64,000 nt of DNA from Armatimonadota bacterium (GCA_041690135.1 JAWLHY010000001.1:416001-480000), one strand, 5' to 3'; positions 54,455-64,000 are shown, counted from the stretch's first letter. Numbers and translations: made by a program. The notes: a model not told the origin generated them from the letters alone.

Positions 54455-55340
54455 CCGGTGAATCGGAAAGCCGCGAGTCTCTTGCCAGAATCCAGACATA
54501 GGCGTCCTCCAGGGTGGGGGGAACGGGTTGCGCTTCGGGTACGGGCGAGGCCGGGGCGACACCGCGGAGTGTGAGCTTGCCGTCCACTCGCGTCAGCCCG
54601 GTCCTGAGGAATGAGGGCGGCAAAGGCGGCATTCTTCCGTCGAACTCCAGGCGCCACACCTGGCCACGCACCAACTCCAGCAGGTCCGCGTGAGCGGCGT
54701 AGGCCAGCACGCGTCCTTCGTGCAAAATCAGAACCCGCTCCGCCAGCGCCTCGGCCTCGGCTGGGGACGAGGTTCCTACCAGCACCAGGTATTCCTGGCC
54801 AAGGGCGGCAATTACGGAGCGGACTTCCCAGGCGTCGGTCTCGGGAAGGTTTCGTGTCGGCTCATCCAGCAACAGGGTGGAGATCTGTCCTAAGCAGGCC
54901 TGCGCCAGAGCCACACGCCGGTGGACCCCCGGTGGCAAGGCGCGGATCCTCTGATCGCGGTGTAGTGTGAGGTTGAACCGCTCCATCACCCGGCTGATCC
55001 GGAGTTGCCGCGCTGCCGGGAGGTCCAGGTTGCAGAGGAGTGCGAGGTAATCCAGCATCTCGTACACCGTGAGATCGGGAAGCAAACCGGCTTCTTCTGG
55101 AACAAAGCCGATCCGGCGGCGGACCTGCGTGGCCTGTTTTCGCGTGTCGCAACCGTCCACCCGGATGGACCCTCCCGATGGCTGGTCGAGAGCGGCTATC
55201 AGGGAGAGAAGGGAGGTCTTACCGGCTCCCGCCGGACCCAATACGGCTAAAACGCCAGTCTCGACCTCGAAGCTCACCCCCCGCAAGCCATGCCCGGCAC
55301 CCCGCTGCTTTTTGCTGACCTGAATGAACTGGATTCCCAT
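54411..55340 (-). CDS. ABC transporter ATP-binding protein with degenerate motifs
   Basis: GPAGAGKTS, LLLDEPT, C-terminal PTLEDAY; signature reads LPPGVHRR and the H-switch position reads GTSS. Confidence 0.85.
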   Translation of the reverse strand: MGIQFIQVSKKQRGAGHGLRGVSFEVETGVLAVLGPAGAGKTSLLSLIAALDQPSGGSIRVDGCDTRKQATQVRRRIGFVPEEAGLLPDLTVYEMLDYLALLCNLDLPAARQLRISRVMERFNLTLHRDQRIRALPPGVHRRVALAQACLGQISTLLLDEPTRNLPETDAWEVRSVIAALGQEYLVLVGTSSPAEAEALAERVLILHEGRVLAYAAHADLLELVRGQVWRLEFDGRMPPLPPSFLRTGLTRVDGKLTLRGVAPASPVPEAQPVPPTLEDAYVWILARDSRLSDSPDAAPAAVAPVGIGP

Positions 55341-55343
55341 GGA

Positions 55344-56492
55344 TCAGAAGCCCTGATACTGCTGTGCCTGTTCAGCGGCGATTTGAAGGAGAAGCGCGGG
55401 AGGGATCCGTAGGCGACGGATTCGGTTCCCCTCATACTCCGCCACGTAGGTCGTCCCATCCTCATCCACAATCAACGCACACGGCGCTGTGAGGCGAGCA
55501 ACGTCCCCGTTTCCATCCACGGATGCGGGAGAGTTAGCCCGCCCCATGGGAGTACCACCCGCCAGGAGCACCTGTGAGCCTTCCCCTCGATCCAGAAGTA
55601 TCAGGTGGTTCTCCGGATCGGGGTACACCTGCGGCAGGCCGGCCGTCGCCAGTACGGACCCACCCAGGCGGGAGTTGTCGGCAAATGCTCTCCCCGCGGT
55701 GAGAAAACGCGTCCGTACCATGGTCGTGGCCGACCAGTAGGCGTCGATTCGATCCGGCACATGGTTGCCCTGGTAATCACCCAGGATGCTGCGGACGGTC
55801 TTGGGAGGCTGCGTTGGGGTCGTCACGTTGCCGGCTGCATCTACCCTCCGCACACAGCGGTTGCCGACATCCGCTACCCACAAGGCCCCATCCGGCCCCC
55901 AGGTCAGCGCGGAAGGGGAGCGGAAACGGGCGGCTGAACCTTTGCCTTCCGCCTTTCCGGCCTTTGAGCCGGCCAGGGTGCTCACCACGCCGTTCTGGAT
56001 GCGACAGATGCGATGGTTGCCCGTGTCTGCCAGATAGATGACGCCGGACGGAGACACGGCTACGCCCGTAGGATAGCGAAAGCGGGCGCTGTCCACGGGA
56101 CCATCGCTTTTGCCGCCGGGACCGCCAGGTTCTCCTCCACCCGCCAGCGTGGACACCTCACCTTCCCGGCTGATGCGGCGAAGGCGATGATTGCGACTGT
56201 CGCAGACCAGAATGCTGTGGTCCGGTCCGAACGCCAGGCCCGTGGGCCCGCAGAATCGGGCCTTCCAGCGCGGGCCGTCCGCGAATCCCGGCTCCGCTCC
56301 GGTGAGCGTTTCAACGCGAATGTGTTCGTATCCCCGCGCTTGCTCTCGGGGAGTGAGGGTGCTGGTGGTTCCGTAGGTGGAGTTGCTCCGCTGCGCCACC
56401 TGCGAACTGGGCCAGTAGAGGTACACGGCGATGCCGGTCAGCCCCGCAAGTATGGCGGCGGCGGTCCCGGGATTGATTCGGTTACCGAACAT
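55344..56492 (-). CDS. Membrane-anchored NHL-repeat beta-propeller protein
   Basis: ARF..PTG.A, DSRNHRLRRI, ADTGNHRI, ADVGNR.VR repeats; N-terminal TM helix. Confidence 0.88.
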   Translation of the reverse strand: MFGNRINPGTAAAILAGLTGIAVYLYWPSSQVAQRSNSTYGTTSTLTPREQARGYEHIRVETLTGAEPGFADGPRWKARFCGPTGLAFGPDHSILVCDSRNHRLRRISREGEVSTLAGGGEPGGPGGKSDGPVDSARFRYPTGVAVSPSGVIYLADTGNHRICRIQNGVVSTLAGSKAGKAEGKGSAARFRSPSALTWGPDGALWVADVGNRCVRRVDAAGNVTTPTQPPKTVRSILGDYQGNHVPDRIDAYWSATTMVRTRFLTAGRAFADNSRLGGSVLATAGLPQVYPDPENHLILLDRGEGSQVLLAGGTPMGRANSPASVDGNGDVARLTAPCALIVDEDGTTYVAEYEGNRIRRLRIPPALLLQIAAEQAQQYQGF

Positions 56493-57519
56493 ACCCTTCG
56501 TCCTCCACCTGAACCGCCACCGGTGTGGTGCCGCCCACCTGAAACAGTTGGTCCTGGTCGGCTACCACGCGCCCTGAGAGTGAACCGGGGAGTCGTTCGG
56601 CGGGCGCACGCCCGCGAAGCGCATACCAGCCGTCGGAAGCGAACCGGACCCCTTGAGGCGTCCCCAGGAGGACCCCGTTTTCCGGCAACCAATCACCGAC
56701 CAGGACAACGTTCCCAGCGCTTCCGAGGGTCCGGACGCAGCGCATCCCGGTGGCGGGGCTGGCTTCATCGGAGGGTGCGGTCCAGAAGAGCGTGCCCTCG
56801 TACAAAACCGCGGACTGTGAACCGCTCTCGACGGCCACGCGCTCCGCCTTTCCGTCGGCCAGCGCGATCCGGAGGAACTCCGTGCTGGCAGGCCTCCGGA
56901 CGCGGCAGAAAAGATAGTCCTCAGTCACTCCCAGCAGATCCTGGGCGGGAAGTTCGGTACCGGAAGGCCCACCTCCCGGCCACTCTGCCAGCGTGCGGAC
57001 CGCGCCGCTCCCATCACGCATCCGTAGGATCGCGGTCCAGCCTTCCGTGGGAATATAGCGGAAGGCCGCCGCTCGAGGAGCCCGGTTCTCCAGCCAGTAC
57101 AAACGGCCGTTGTCCGCGAAGAGTCCCGAGGGTTGTGCAAGGCCAGACACCACCTTTTCGGGCGTCACATCGCGGCCCGGGCGCAGCCGACAGAGGTGAC
57201 CCTGGTCCCGCTGCTGCTGCGTCAGCCAGAGTGCTTGGCCATCCCAGGCCAGAGCGCTCCAGCCGGATCCGGTAGCCAAAGATACCGGCGCACGCCCTGG
57301 CCCACCTTCAAAGAGGGTCTCTTGTCCCCCGGAGGCGTGAGTCCAGAACCACCGATCACCCCCCGAAGCGAAAAGGACGATCCCGTCGCGGAAGGGCCCT
57401 CCTACGAGTGACAGCGCGGGGTTACGGTCAGGCTGCGCGGCTACCAGGCTCGCGGTTGCGACACACACGAGTACTGCCGCCGTAAACCGGATGCGACGGA
57501 TCGATGCGTAGGTGTCCAT
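56482..57519 (-). CDS. Secreted hypothetical protein (beta-propeller-like)
   Basis: Signal peptide; LAWDGQALW, GLFADNGRLYW, EGTLFWT beta-blade patterns. Confidence 0.7.
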   Translation of the reverse strand: MDTYASIRRIRFTAAVLVCVATASLVAAQPDRNPALSLVGGPFRDGIVLFASGGDRWFWTHASGGQETLFEGGPGRAPVSLATGSGWSALAWDGQALWLTQQQRDQGHLCRLRPGRDVTPEKVVSGLAQPSGLFADNGRLYWLENRAPRAAAFRYIPTEGWTAILRMRDGSGAVRTLAEWPGGGPSGTELPAQDLLGVTEDYLFCRVRRPASTEFLRIALADGKAERVAVESGSQSAVLYEGTLFWTAPSDEASPATGMRCVRTLGSAGNVVLVGDWLPENGVLLGTPQGVRFASDGWYALRGRAPAERLPGSLSGRVVADQDQLFQVGGTTPVAVQVEDEGYVR

Positions 57520-57712
57520 GAGATCGTAAAATGCAGCCGGTCCGAGCCCGCCCCAGGTCGGGAAGGCTCACGCACAGATCGTATTCTGCACGACCCATTT
57601 TCGACCCAACTCGCTCAGTCTCCTTTGTGTTGCGGAAAAAAGTGTCTGGCTGTTGTGCTCGGCCGCCAGACGGCCGTGGTCCCGTCCCAGACCATACCGC
57701 TGGTCCCTATGC

Positions 57713-60598
57713 TTAACCCAGGCGCAGGTTGCGCAGCAAACGACCCTGCCGGAGATCCACCACCAGGAGACGTCCCCGGTCATCGGTGACGGTGAGAGTC
57801 TCTTCCTGGAAACGGCAGGCGATACTCCCGGCGCCCTCCAGGAGGATCTTCGCGCACAAGCTCCGTCGCCCCTGGTCGAACAGGAACAGCTCACAGGCTT
57901 CCGGGGTGCGAATCCCGGCCACCACCCATTCCTCGGAGGCTATCGGGGAGAGGCGCATCGCGTCGTTTGGAACGGACGCGAAGAGCCACTCCCGATCGGC
58001 GATGGCTACCGATCCCGCACTGTAAGGGGTCACCGCCTGGGCTGACCCTTCCGTGTTGCCGGGCGGGGGCAGGCCTGCCAGCCGGCCTTGCGGAGTGATG
58101 GAGCGCCACGGTGCCGAGCTCCAGCTTTCCCGCACGGGGCCGCGCTGGCGCAGCACGAGTTGGGGAAGCTGGTAGGTCCACCGCTCCCAGCTCTCGGTGG
58201 GAGGGATGGGGTTTCCCCAACTGTCCCGGTCCTCGTAGGCGTGGATCAGCAGGGAGCAGTGACCGGCATTCCGCGCGAGGGCGATGATCCGGCCCGGCAC
58301 TTCCTTCGTCCGCCAGAGGGCGGCGAACCGGGGCGCCGTGGCATCAATAGCGAGAAACCCTTCTTTCCCAGCCGCGAACCAGAGGGAGCCGTCGTAGTCG
58401 GACGCCCAGGCGTCCAGGCGCGCTTCGCACCAGCTTTCCGCGCGACGCGAAAGCAGGTCCAGCCGGGCGATGCGGTAGATGTCCCCGCGCCGGGCAAGAG
58501 CCAGGGCGCGGTCGCCGCGGTCCGAAACCACCAGGTGGTGAGCCGGCTGGTCGAAGTGAGCGACGGTGCGGCCGTCCCGCGTGAGCAGGCGGACCCCCGC
58601 CTCGCCCAGGGCTGCCAGGCACCGACCGCCGGGCAGGTAAGCCGCGTCCATAACCGGCAGCGCGCCCACGTCGGCGGCGGAGAACGCGAACTCCAGCGGG
58701 GTGGTGCGCAGGTGCAACTCCGACCGCTTCTCCGGCGGAAGCGGCGGCAGATCGGTGCGCAGGGCGCTGTCGCCGGCATACTGGATCAACTGGCGGAAGT
58801 CGGCGCCGGGAAGACGCTCGAGACCTGCTCCCGCATCACGGACCAACGCACGGACGGTGGCGCGCGCGAGGGTGGCGCTCGCGGGGGTCCGCTCCGTCTT
58901 CCGGAGGGCATCCGCGAAAGCCATGCGTTCCGGTCCGGACTCGGCGTCCTCCCGCGCCAGAAGCTCGAGGGCCCGGGTGCGGACTTCTCCCCAGGTTTCC
59001 GGCAACAGGGCCAGCTTGCGGGGCAGCATGCGGGCCGCCGGCACTCCGCCCAGCGCGAGTACGCGCTCGATCCACTCCTGAACGAGCGGGCGACCTTCCT
59101 CGATCGGCCAGGCGGCCTCGACCGCCCCGGCATAATCTCCCGCGGATGCCAGGGCATCCGCCCAGAGGAGGCGGGTATAACGGGCCAGTTGCGGATCGGT
59201 CTGTTCCAGGCGCGTCACCGCGTCCGCGAAGGCGCCGGTTCGGCGGGCGATCCGGACGGCCCTATCCCGATCACCCGCGAGGAGCCAGAGCCGGATGATC
59301 AGCCCCGGCGGCAGTTCCCTTGCTTCCGCGATCTCGGCGGCGAGTTGGAAGCGCCCGTGTCGTTCCAGGAAGGCAGCCGCCTCCGCGTAGGCCTGGAGTA
59401 GTTCTACAAGAACGAAGGCGGCCTCGTCGATGCGGCCCTCTGCGGCCAGGCGCTCGTGGGCACGACGGTAGATGCTCTCCAGGTCCTGGAAGAGACCGCC
59501 TCCCATGCCGATCGCGGATCTCACCGGTGCGCCGAACGGCTGGATCGTCAGGTCCGCCCGTGGAGCGAGGAAGCCGAGGGATGGCGGCAGGAACTCGGTG
59601 CCGGGAAGGCTCCCCAGCGGAATGGCATGGCGCAGCGCCTCGGTGAGGTCGCCCCGCTCAAACATGTCGAGCATGCGCGCCACGTACTCCGCCTGTCGCC
59701 GGCCTACCAGTCCGGACAGCCGGAAGTTGATCAACATCCGCGCGGCCGCCCGGCGCGCCACGCGAGAGAGACGGTCCAGTAGCGGAAGCTCCCAATCCGG
59801 TGGGATCACTCCGGGAGAAGATGGCGCTCGCCCCGCGCCATGGACCGGGAGACCGCCTGCCGGACCCTTCCCGGCGGCGCCACTGCTGGAAAGAAGGCCG
59901 CCCAGTTCCCGGAACAACCCTCGGAAGGCACTCCCCAGGGCCGTCGCCGCCCGCGCCATGCGGGGATCGACCTCGAAGCCCTGGTCGCGGTCAGGGGTGC
60001 GGCTCGTGGGCCGTTCCCGTGCCTTCTGCAACAGGAACAGGAGATCGCGTAACTCGGGAGAGGCGGGGGGAACCCCCTCCATTCGGGAGCGGGCCTCGAA
60101 GGGAGCCTCTTCGATCAGCACTTCGGCCGGTGGGGGCGGGGTCCCGAGCGAACGGGGTTCCACGTACTGGAATTCCGCCACCTCCAGCCATTTCGACAAC
60201 CACTCGGAGACATCAACTTCCGAGGCTGCGGAGAGGGCCTCGGTGAAGATCTCCCCCTTCCGGGCATACACCACCGCATCCGGGTTAGGAGAAAGGATAG
60301 CCCATTCCTGGGGAGCGAGGGGAAGCGAGCTCAGTATAAAGCCTGTTTCCGCGCCAGCCCGGCCGGTACCGAGACGAACCAGGGGGAGGCCGGGCGCAGT
60401 TGCGCAATCGACCCGAACCGAGGTCGGCAGGCGCAGGAGCCAACCGCCGCCGCAGCGATGCACCCGGGAGCCCGAAACCCACGCCTGTAGCACCCGCCGG
60501 CGGACTTCGGCTTCTCCCACGAGATCCGGGAAGAAGAGGAACCCGGAAGCTTCCACGGATCCCCGGTGCACCAGTTCTCGCGGTCGCAGCGGGTTCAT
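57713..60598 (-). CDS. bpX6-domain protein of a MoxR-vWA-beta-propeller ternary system
   Basis: RPR..VHRG.V.A.GF, RRRVL..W, GRRQAEY..RML.MFERGDL.EALRHAIPLG, GRIDEAAFVL.ELL; C-terminal propeller; ATGA overlap with upstream gene. Confidence 0.8.
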   Translation of the reverse strand: MNPLRPRELVHRGSVEASGFLFFPDLVGEAEVRRRVLQAWVSGSRVHRCGGGWLLRLPTSVRVDCATAPGLPLVRLGTGRAGAETGFILSSLPLAPQEWAILSPNPDAVVYARKGEIFTEALSAASEVDVSEWLSKWLEVAEFQYVEPRSLGTPPPPAEVLIEEAPFEARSRMEGVPPASPELRDLLFLLQKARERPTSRTPDRDQGFEVDPRMARAATALGSAFRGLFRELGGLLSSSGAAGKGPAGGLPVHGAGRAPSSPGVIPPDWELPLLDRLSRVARRAAARMLINFRLSGLVGRRQAEYVARMLDMFERGDLTEALRHAIPLGSLPGTEFLPPSLGFLAPRADLTIQPFGAPVRSAIGMGGGLFQDLESIYRRAHERLAAEGRIDEAAFVLVELLQAYAEAAAFLERHGRFQLAAEIAEARELPPGLIIRLWLLAGDRDRAVRIARRTGAFADAVTRLEQTDPQLARYTRLLWADALASAGDYAGAVEAAWPIEEGRPLVQEWIERVLALGGVPAARMLPRKLALLPETWGEVRTRALELLAREDAESGPERMAFADALRKTERTPASATLARATVRALVRDAGAGLERLPGADFRQLIQYAGDSALRTDLPPLPPEKRSELHLRTTPLEFAFSAADVGALPVMDAAYLPGGRCLAALGEAGVRLLTRDGRTVAHFDQPAHHLVVSDRGDRALALARRGDIYRIARLDLLSRRAESWCEARLDAWASDYDGSLWFAAGKEGFLAIDATAPRFAALWRTKEVPGRIIALARNAGHCSLLIHAYEDRDSWGNPIPPTESWERWTYQLPQLVLRQRGPVRESWSSAPWRSITPQGRLAGLPPPGNTEGSAQAVTPYSAGSVAIADREWLFASVPNDAMRLSPIASEEWVVAGIRTPEACELFLFDQGRRSLCAKILLEGAGSIACRFQEETLTVTDDRGRLLVVDLRQGRLLRNLRLG

Positions 60599-62427
60599 CC
60601 GGCCCCCTCTCCGGTCAGGCGGTACAGGTATGTCTCCAGCGGCAGGGAGTAGACGCAGACGTCTCCCGTAGTCGTGGAGTAGGCGACGAGCGGATCGTAC
60701 GGGCTCACGGCGACATGGGCGATTGCCGCGGAGGCACGCGGAAGCACTACATGCCGCTCTCGCCCGAGCAGCCAGAGCGTGTGCCGGTCCGCACCCAGGA
60801 CCACCAGCGCCGGGCCTGTCCAAGATGCTCCGGGAAAGACCACCCCCACGACCCGGCCGTCGCCCGGGGGCCGGAAGAGCTGTTGCCCATTCCGATCGTA
60901 TACGATCCACTCCCGCTCGCCGCTGCGCGCGGCCACCAGCCCGAACTGTGGGTCGGCATCCACACCGCCCCAACCGAAGTAGACTTGCGGGGGGACATCG
61001 CAGCCACCGGGAAGCAGCGGGGTCTCCAGCTTGACGGTCCGTTGCGTGCCGCCGGTGGGGTAGGTGGTGAGGGAATAGCCCCAGGCCATCCGGACCGCGG
61101 CGATGACCTGGCCCGAGGGTCCCGCTCCGGCCGCGATTACTCCTGGCAATTGCCGCACCGCCAGGTGCCCGGTACCCTGCCGTAACGAGCGGGCACTGGA
61201 CAGCAGGTACAGCACTCCGCCGAACAGCAGATGCATACAAACCGCCGCACCATCCGCTCCCGGGCTGAACCAGAGCGGCAGGAGGTCCTGTTGAAGTCCG
61301 CTCGTCCTGGTGGAGTTGATGCCTTCCAGGTAGTAAGTTCCCTCCGGCACGTAGCCCGCGCGGCCGGTCAGGATCTCGATCCGGAACTCACCGGCCTTCT
61401 CTCCCAGCGTCAGGACCACGTTATTCTTGCGGACTCGCCCCGCCGCCAGGATCGACCGCTGCGAATTCGGCCGTCGCAGCTTCGGCTTACCTGCTTCACT
61501 ACGCGGGCTGTTCGGAATGGAGTAGGTGACCAGCGTGTTGTCCGCGGCCCGCGCAAACAATTTGGTGCTGTTAGGCCCCCAAACCAGGGACGAGGTCGGC
61601 GCGTAACAGTTCGCGACCTGCGCCACCGGCGCCACGGCGGATCCGAAGGGGTCACGCAGGAGCCGAACGCAGGCCGCGGCCGGGGGCAGCTCCAGTTGGA
61701 TCCGCCGGTCTCCCCGATCCGGCCGACGGATGGTGACTTCCAGGTGGTGGGTTTCGGGTTCGTAAGGGTCCTCCACCTGGAGGGCGGAAGCGGACGTTTC
61801 CGCCGCGAGACAAGTCGCCGGCCGGCCGCCGACGAGCCAGAAGTCATCGGCTGGTCCCGCCTCCGTGCCCAGTTCCGCCCGCCACGCTTCCAGGTGTGCT
61901 GTTGTGGATGGGAGGGCGGTGCGGGCGCCCAGCAACTGGAGCACCCCGTCCCGGTCCGGTATCGCACGCAGCCGGCACTCCGGATCCTGAAGGAGACCCC
62001 ACCGGAACTTTGTACCGTGGACCTCCGCGCGCCGTGCCAGGACTACCAGGGAGGCCAGGTGCGCGAGCCGAGGAGTACCCACCTGGTCCGGCCCGGCATC
62101 AAACAGCGCCACGGAAACACGTGCCCCTCCCGGCTCCCGGCGGGCGAGTTCCAGGAAGCCATGTTCTCCCATCGCGGCACGGCGGGCGAACTCCTCGGGG
62201 AGTTCCTCGGCCAGGAGCCACTCGGATAACAGGAGACGCTCGTAAGGTCCCCGCCGCGTCAGGCCGGCAAACCCCTCGGGATCGCCGCTGCCCGGATGGT
62301 AGAGCGCCTGCATGGGGCCGATCGCCAGGTCCAGGCGTTGCACCAGGGGTCCCAGTAGCAGGGCGAGATCCCGGGGGAAGAGCGAAAGGCTCTCGGCCCA
62401 TGGCGCCAGTCCGCGCGGAAGTTCCAC
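60595..62427 (-). CDS. vWA-like + beta-propeller protein of the MoxR ternary system
   Basis: LP..LAPWA..L, GLTRRGPYERLLLSEWLLAEE.PEEF.RRA..GE..FL, VALFDAGPDQ.G.PRLAHLA; GTG start overlaps the upstream TAG. Confidence 0.78.
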   Translation of the reverse strand: MELPRGLAPWAESLSLFPRDLALLLGPLVQRLDLAIGPMQALYHPGSGDPEGFAGLTRRGPYERLLLSEWLLAEELPEEFARRAAMGEHGFLELARREPGGARVSVALFDAGPDQVGTPRLAHLASLVVLARRAEVHGTKFRWGLLQDPECRLRAIPDRDGVLQLLGARTALPSTTAHLEAWRAELGTEAGPADDFWLVGGRPATCLAAETSASALQVEDPYEPETHHLEVTIRRPDRGDRRIQLELPPAAACVRLLRDPFGSAVAPVAQVANCYAPTSSLVWGPNSTKLFARAADNTLVTYSIPNSPRSEAGKPKLRRPNSQRSILAAGRVRKNNVVLTLGEKAGEFRIEILTGRAGYVPEGTYYLEGINSTRTSGLQQDLLPLWFSPGADGAAVCMHLLFGGVLYLLSSARSLRQGTGHLAVRQLPGVIAAGAGPSGQVIAAVRMAWGYSLTTYPTGGTQRTVKLETPLLPGGCDVPPQVYFGWGGVDADPQFGLVAARSGEREWIVYDRNGQQLFRPPGDGRVVGVVFPGASWTGPALVVLGADRHTLWLLGRERHVVLPRASAAIAHVAVSPYDPLVAYSTTTGDVCVYSLPLETYLYRLTGEGAG

Positions 62428-62849
62428 TACCTGCTCTCCCGTAGCCACCCCGCCAGCATCTGACGGTCGACCGTTTGCGCGCAGCCCACCGGGATCACGA
62501 GAGAATGCTCCGGCACCAACACAAAGGGAGGCGCCGCGAGCGGAAAACGGCGCCGCAAAGCGCGCTCCAGCAGAGGAACCGGCACGCTGGGAGCCAGCCG
62601 GGTGGGCATCAGTAGACCGGTAGTCCCGTCCTCCCGCCCCAGGTAGACGACCCCGTCGGCCCAGGGAAGCTCTTCCTCCGGTCCCGATAACACGAGGACA
62701 CCGGCGGCAGCGCATCCGCTGAGCTTCGCGAGCCGTTCATCCGGTCGATCCAGTGACCGCCGCGCCAGGGCTGTCGCGGCAGCACCGATACCGAGCACAG
62801 CTACCGGTGGCAGGGGTTCCGCGCGTGGAACCCAGCCAATCCCGTTCAT
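62427..62849 (-). CDS. bpX5-domain protein
   Basis: W.PR.EPL.P.AV, LPWADGV.YLGRE, LL.PT...PSVP..LLERAL. Confidence 0.78.
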   Translation of the reverse strand: MNGIGWVPRAEPLPPVAVLGIGAAATALARRSLDRPDERLAKLSGCAAAGVLVLSGPEEELPWADGVVYLGREDGTTGLLMPTRLAPSVPVPLLERALRRRFPLAAPPFVLVPEHSLVIPVGCAQTVDRQMLAGWLRESR

Positions 62850-63322
62850 GGTACCGGAGGTAGCTTCGCCCGCAGTTTCGCGCATGCTTTGAGTACCTCG
62901 TCCCGGTGGCCGGCCGCCTTCAACCAACCCGGCAGCCGATTAGCGAGACTGTTATTCGACCAGCCGCTCTCTGGACGGCGGCGGTGCTCGCGCAGCGTTG
63001 CCCCTACGAACCGCTCGATAAAATACAGATGTCTTTCATTATAGGCCCAGAGGAGCTCGCCGCAGCAGGTCGTCGAGAGCCAGAGAGGTTGGTAGAAATA
63101 GGGGTCCTGACCCTCGGGCGATCCCACCCCAGATTGCCTCCAGTCGCGGATACAGCCACAAGAGGAGCAGATAAGGCGACGGGCAGTGAAAATGGAAAAC
63201 GGCTCTTCGCCAGTGGGTAAAACACGTGCGCAACGGCGACATGTCGGACATTCCACCAGCACTTCTTCCAGGAACTCGTAGATGCGCAGGTCGGGATCCT
63301 GGAACCGGCTCGGCTCGGGCAT
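62846..63322 (-). CDS. Zinc-ribbon hypothetical protein
   Basis: VLVECPTC, CSSCG, DPYF..PLWL...CCG..LWAYN..HL, LPGW.K.A..RDEVLK; GGAGGT RBS. Confidence 0.75.
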   Translation of the reverse strand: MPEPSRFQDPDLRIYEFLEEVLVECPTCRRCARVLPTGEEPFSIFTARRLICSSCGCIRDWRQSGVGSPEGQDPYFYQPLWLSTTCCGELLWAYNERHLYFIERFVGATLREHRRRPESGWSNNSLANRLPGWLKAAGHRDEVLKACAKLRAKLPPVP

Positions 63323-63337
63323 ATCTGTTCGCACCTC

Positions 63338-64000
63338 CTAGCCGGCCGGCTGCGGAGGCGAGAACAATGCCGCGATCTCCGCCCGCACGCCAGCCAGATC
63401 GGCCGGGAGTTCTTCGGGGCTGAAACCGGCGTCGATCTCTCGAACGATCCCTTCCAGTCGCAGCAGCCACGCCTGCCGTTCTCCGTTCGCATCGGCGGGC
63501 GGTTGGGCCAGGATCTCTTGCCCAGCCGTGATCAGACGTTGCGCTCGAACCAGGGGGCCCAGGGAGGCATCCTCCGCCGCGGCGGTAAGGGCACGGCTGG
63601 AAGTGGTGGCGAGAAACTCCCGCAGGGCTTCGCGCGCCAGTGCCTGCTCCTCGCGGGTCGGCACTGCCAGGACAATCGGCCAGAGGTCGGTCGCGGTCGG
63701 CGACGCTCGACCGTCGAGCACGGCGGCCGCGGCGATCAGGCGCTGGACCTTGACGGCACGTCGGTCGGTGAAGAAGACGCCGGCGCCGCGCAGAATCCGG
63801 ATCGCCTGCGCGAGAAGTGGGCGCACCGGGGCAAGGTCGGCCTCGCGTACGGCCTGTGCCAGCACATCCAGATCCGCCAGGGAGGCGGAGGGCGAGGCAA
63901 CCTCTTCCGCCCCCAGCGACCAGCCGCCCCGGAGCAGGTCCTCCAGATGTGGATCGGGGATTGGGTCCAGGAAGACACGCACGAGGAAGCGGTCGGCGAA
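63338..64000 (-). CDS. MoxR/RavA-type AAA+ ATPase, C-terminal part; truncated by window end
   Basis: FADRFLVRVF, TDRRAVK.QRLIAAAAVLDGR, DLWP; upstream of bpX5/vWA/bpX6. Confidence 0.82.
   Translation of the reverse strand, partial: FADRFLVRVFLDPIPDPHLEDLLRGGWSLGAEEVASPSASLADLDVLAQAVREADLAPVRPLLAQAIRILRGAGVFFTDRRAVKVQRLIAAAAVLDGRASPTATDLWPIVLAVPTREEQALAREALREFLATTSSRALTAAAEDASLGPLVRAQRLITAGQEILAQPPADANGERQAWLLRLEGIVREIDAGFSPEELPADLAGVRAEIAALFSPPQPAG

Noticed and set aside
1-64000. tRNA, rRNA, known riboswitch, integrase/transposase, Sec machinery genes
   Set aside because: None recognised by eye; tRNAscan-SE and Infernal/Rfam scans are needed to exclude small RNAs.

Overview
A GC-rich bacterial chromosomal segment; gene content and intergenic repeat style are reminiscent of Armatimonadota, but that assignment is inference only. 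About 50 CDS; no rRNA, tRNA, CRISPR array or transposase recognised. The left half is metabolic: asparagine-synthase tail and cupin, GH2, a divergent HTH-citrate-synthase / citrate-synthase pair, RecQ, GH43, prpB/prpC/prpD, LOG, a PLP aminotransferase and cysteine synthase, and a DtxR-controlled Mn/Zn/Fe ABC operon with a clear promoter and operator. The right half is rich in signalling and conflict genes: a paired BTAD-AAA_35 / AAA_35-WD40-TPR STAND module, a 10-gene co-directional run joining a degenerate ABC module to a GTPase/GAP1-N2-like module, and a MoxR-vWA-beta-propeller ternary system. Signals missed by the ORF track: (1) two in-frame UGA read-through genes with SECIS-like hairpins, a UxxC peroxiredoxin and a SUMF1/FGE-domain protein whose GFRC motif lies beyond the UGA; (2) SARP-box-like 11-bp direct repeats with a -10 element that may drive an ~85-nt structured RNA just downstream of the STAND pair; (3) an operator palindrome implying the HTH-citrate synthase is a regulator. 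All family calls are from motif recognition, not database searches.
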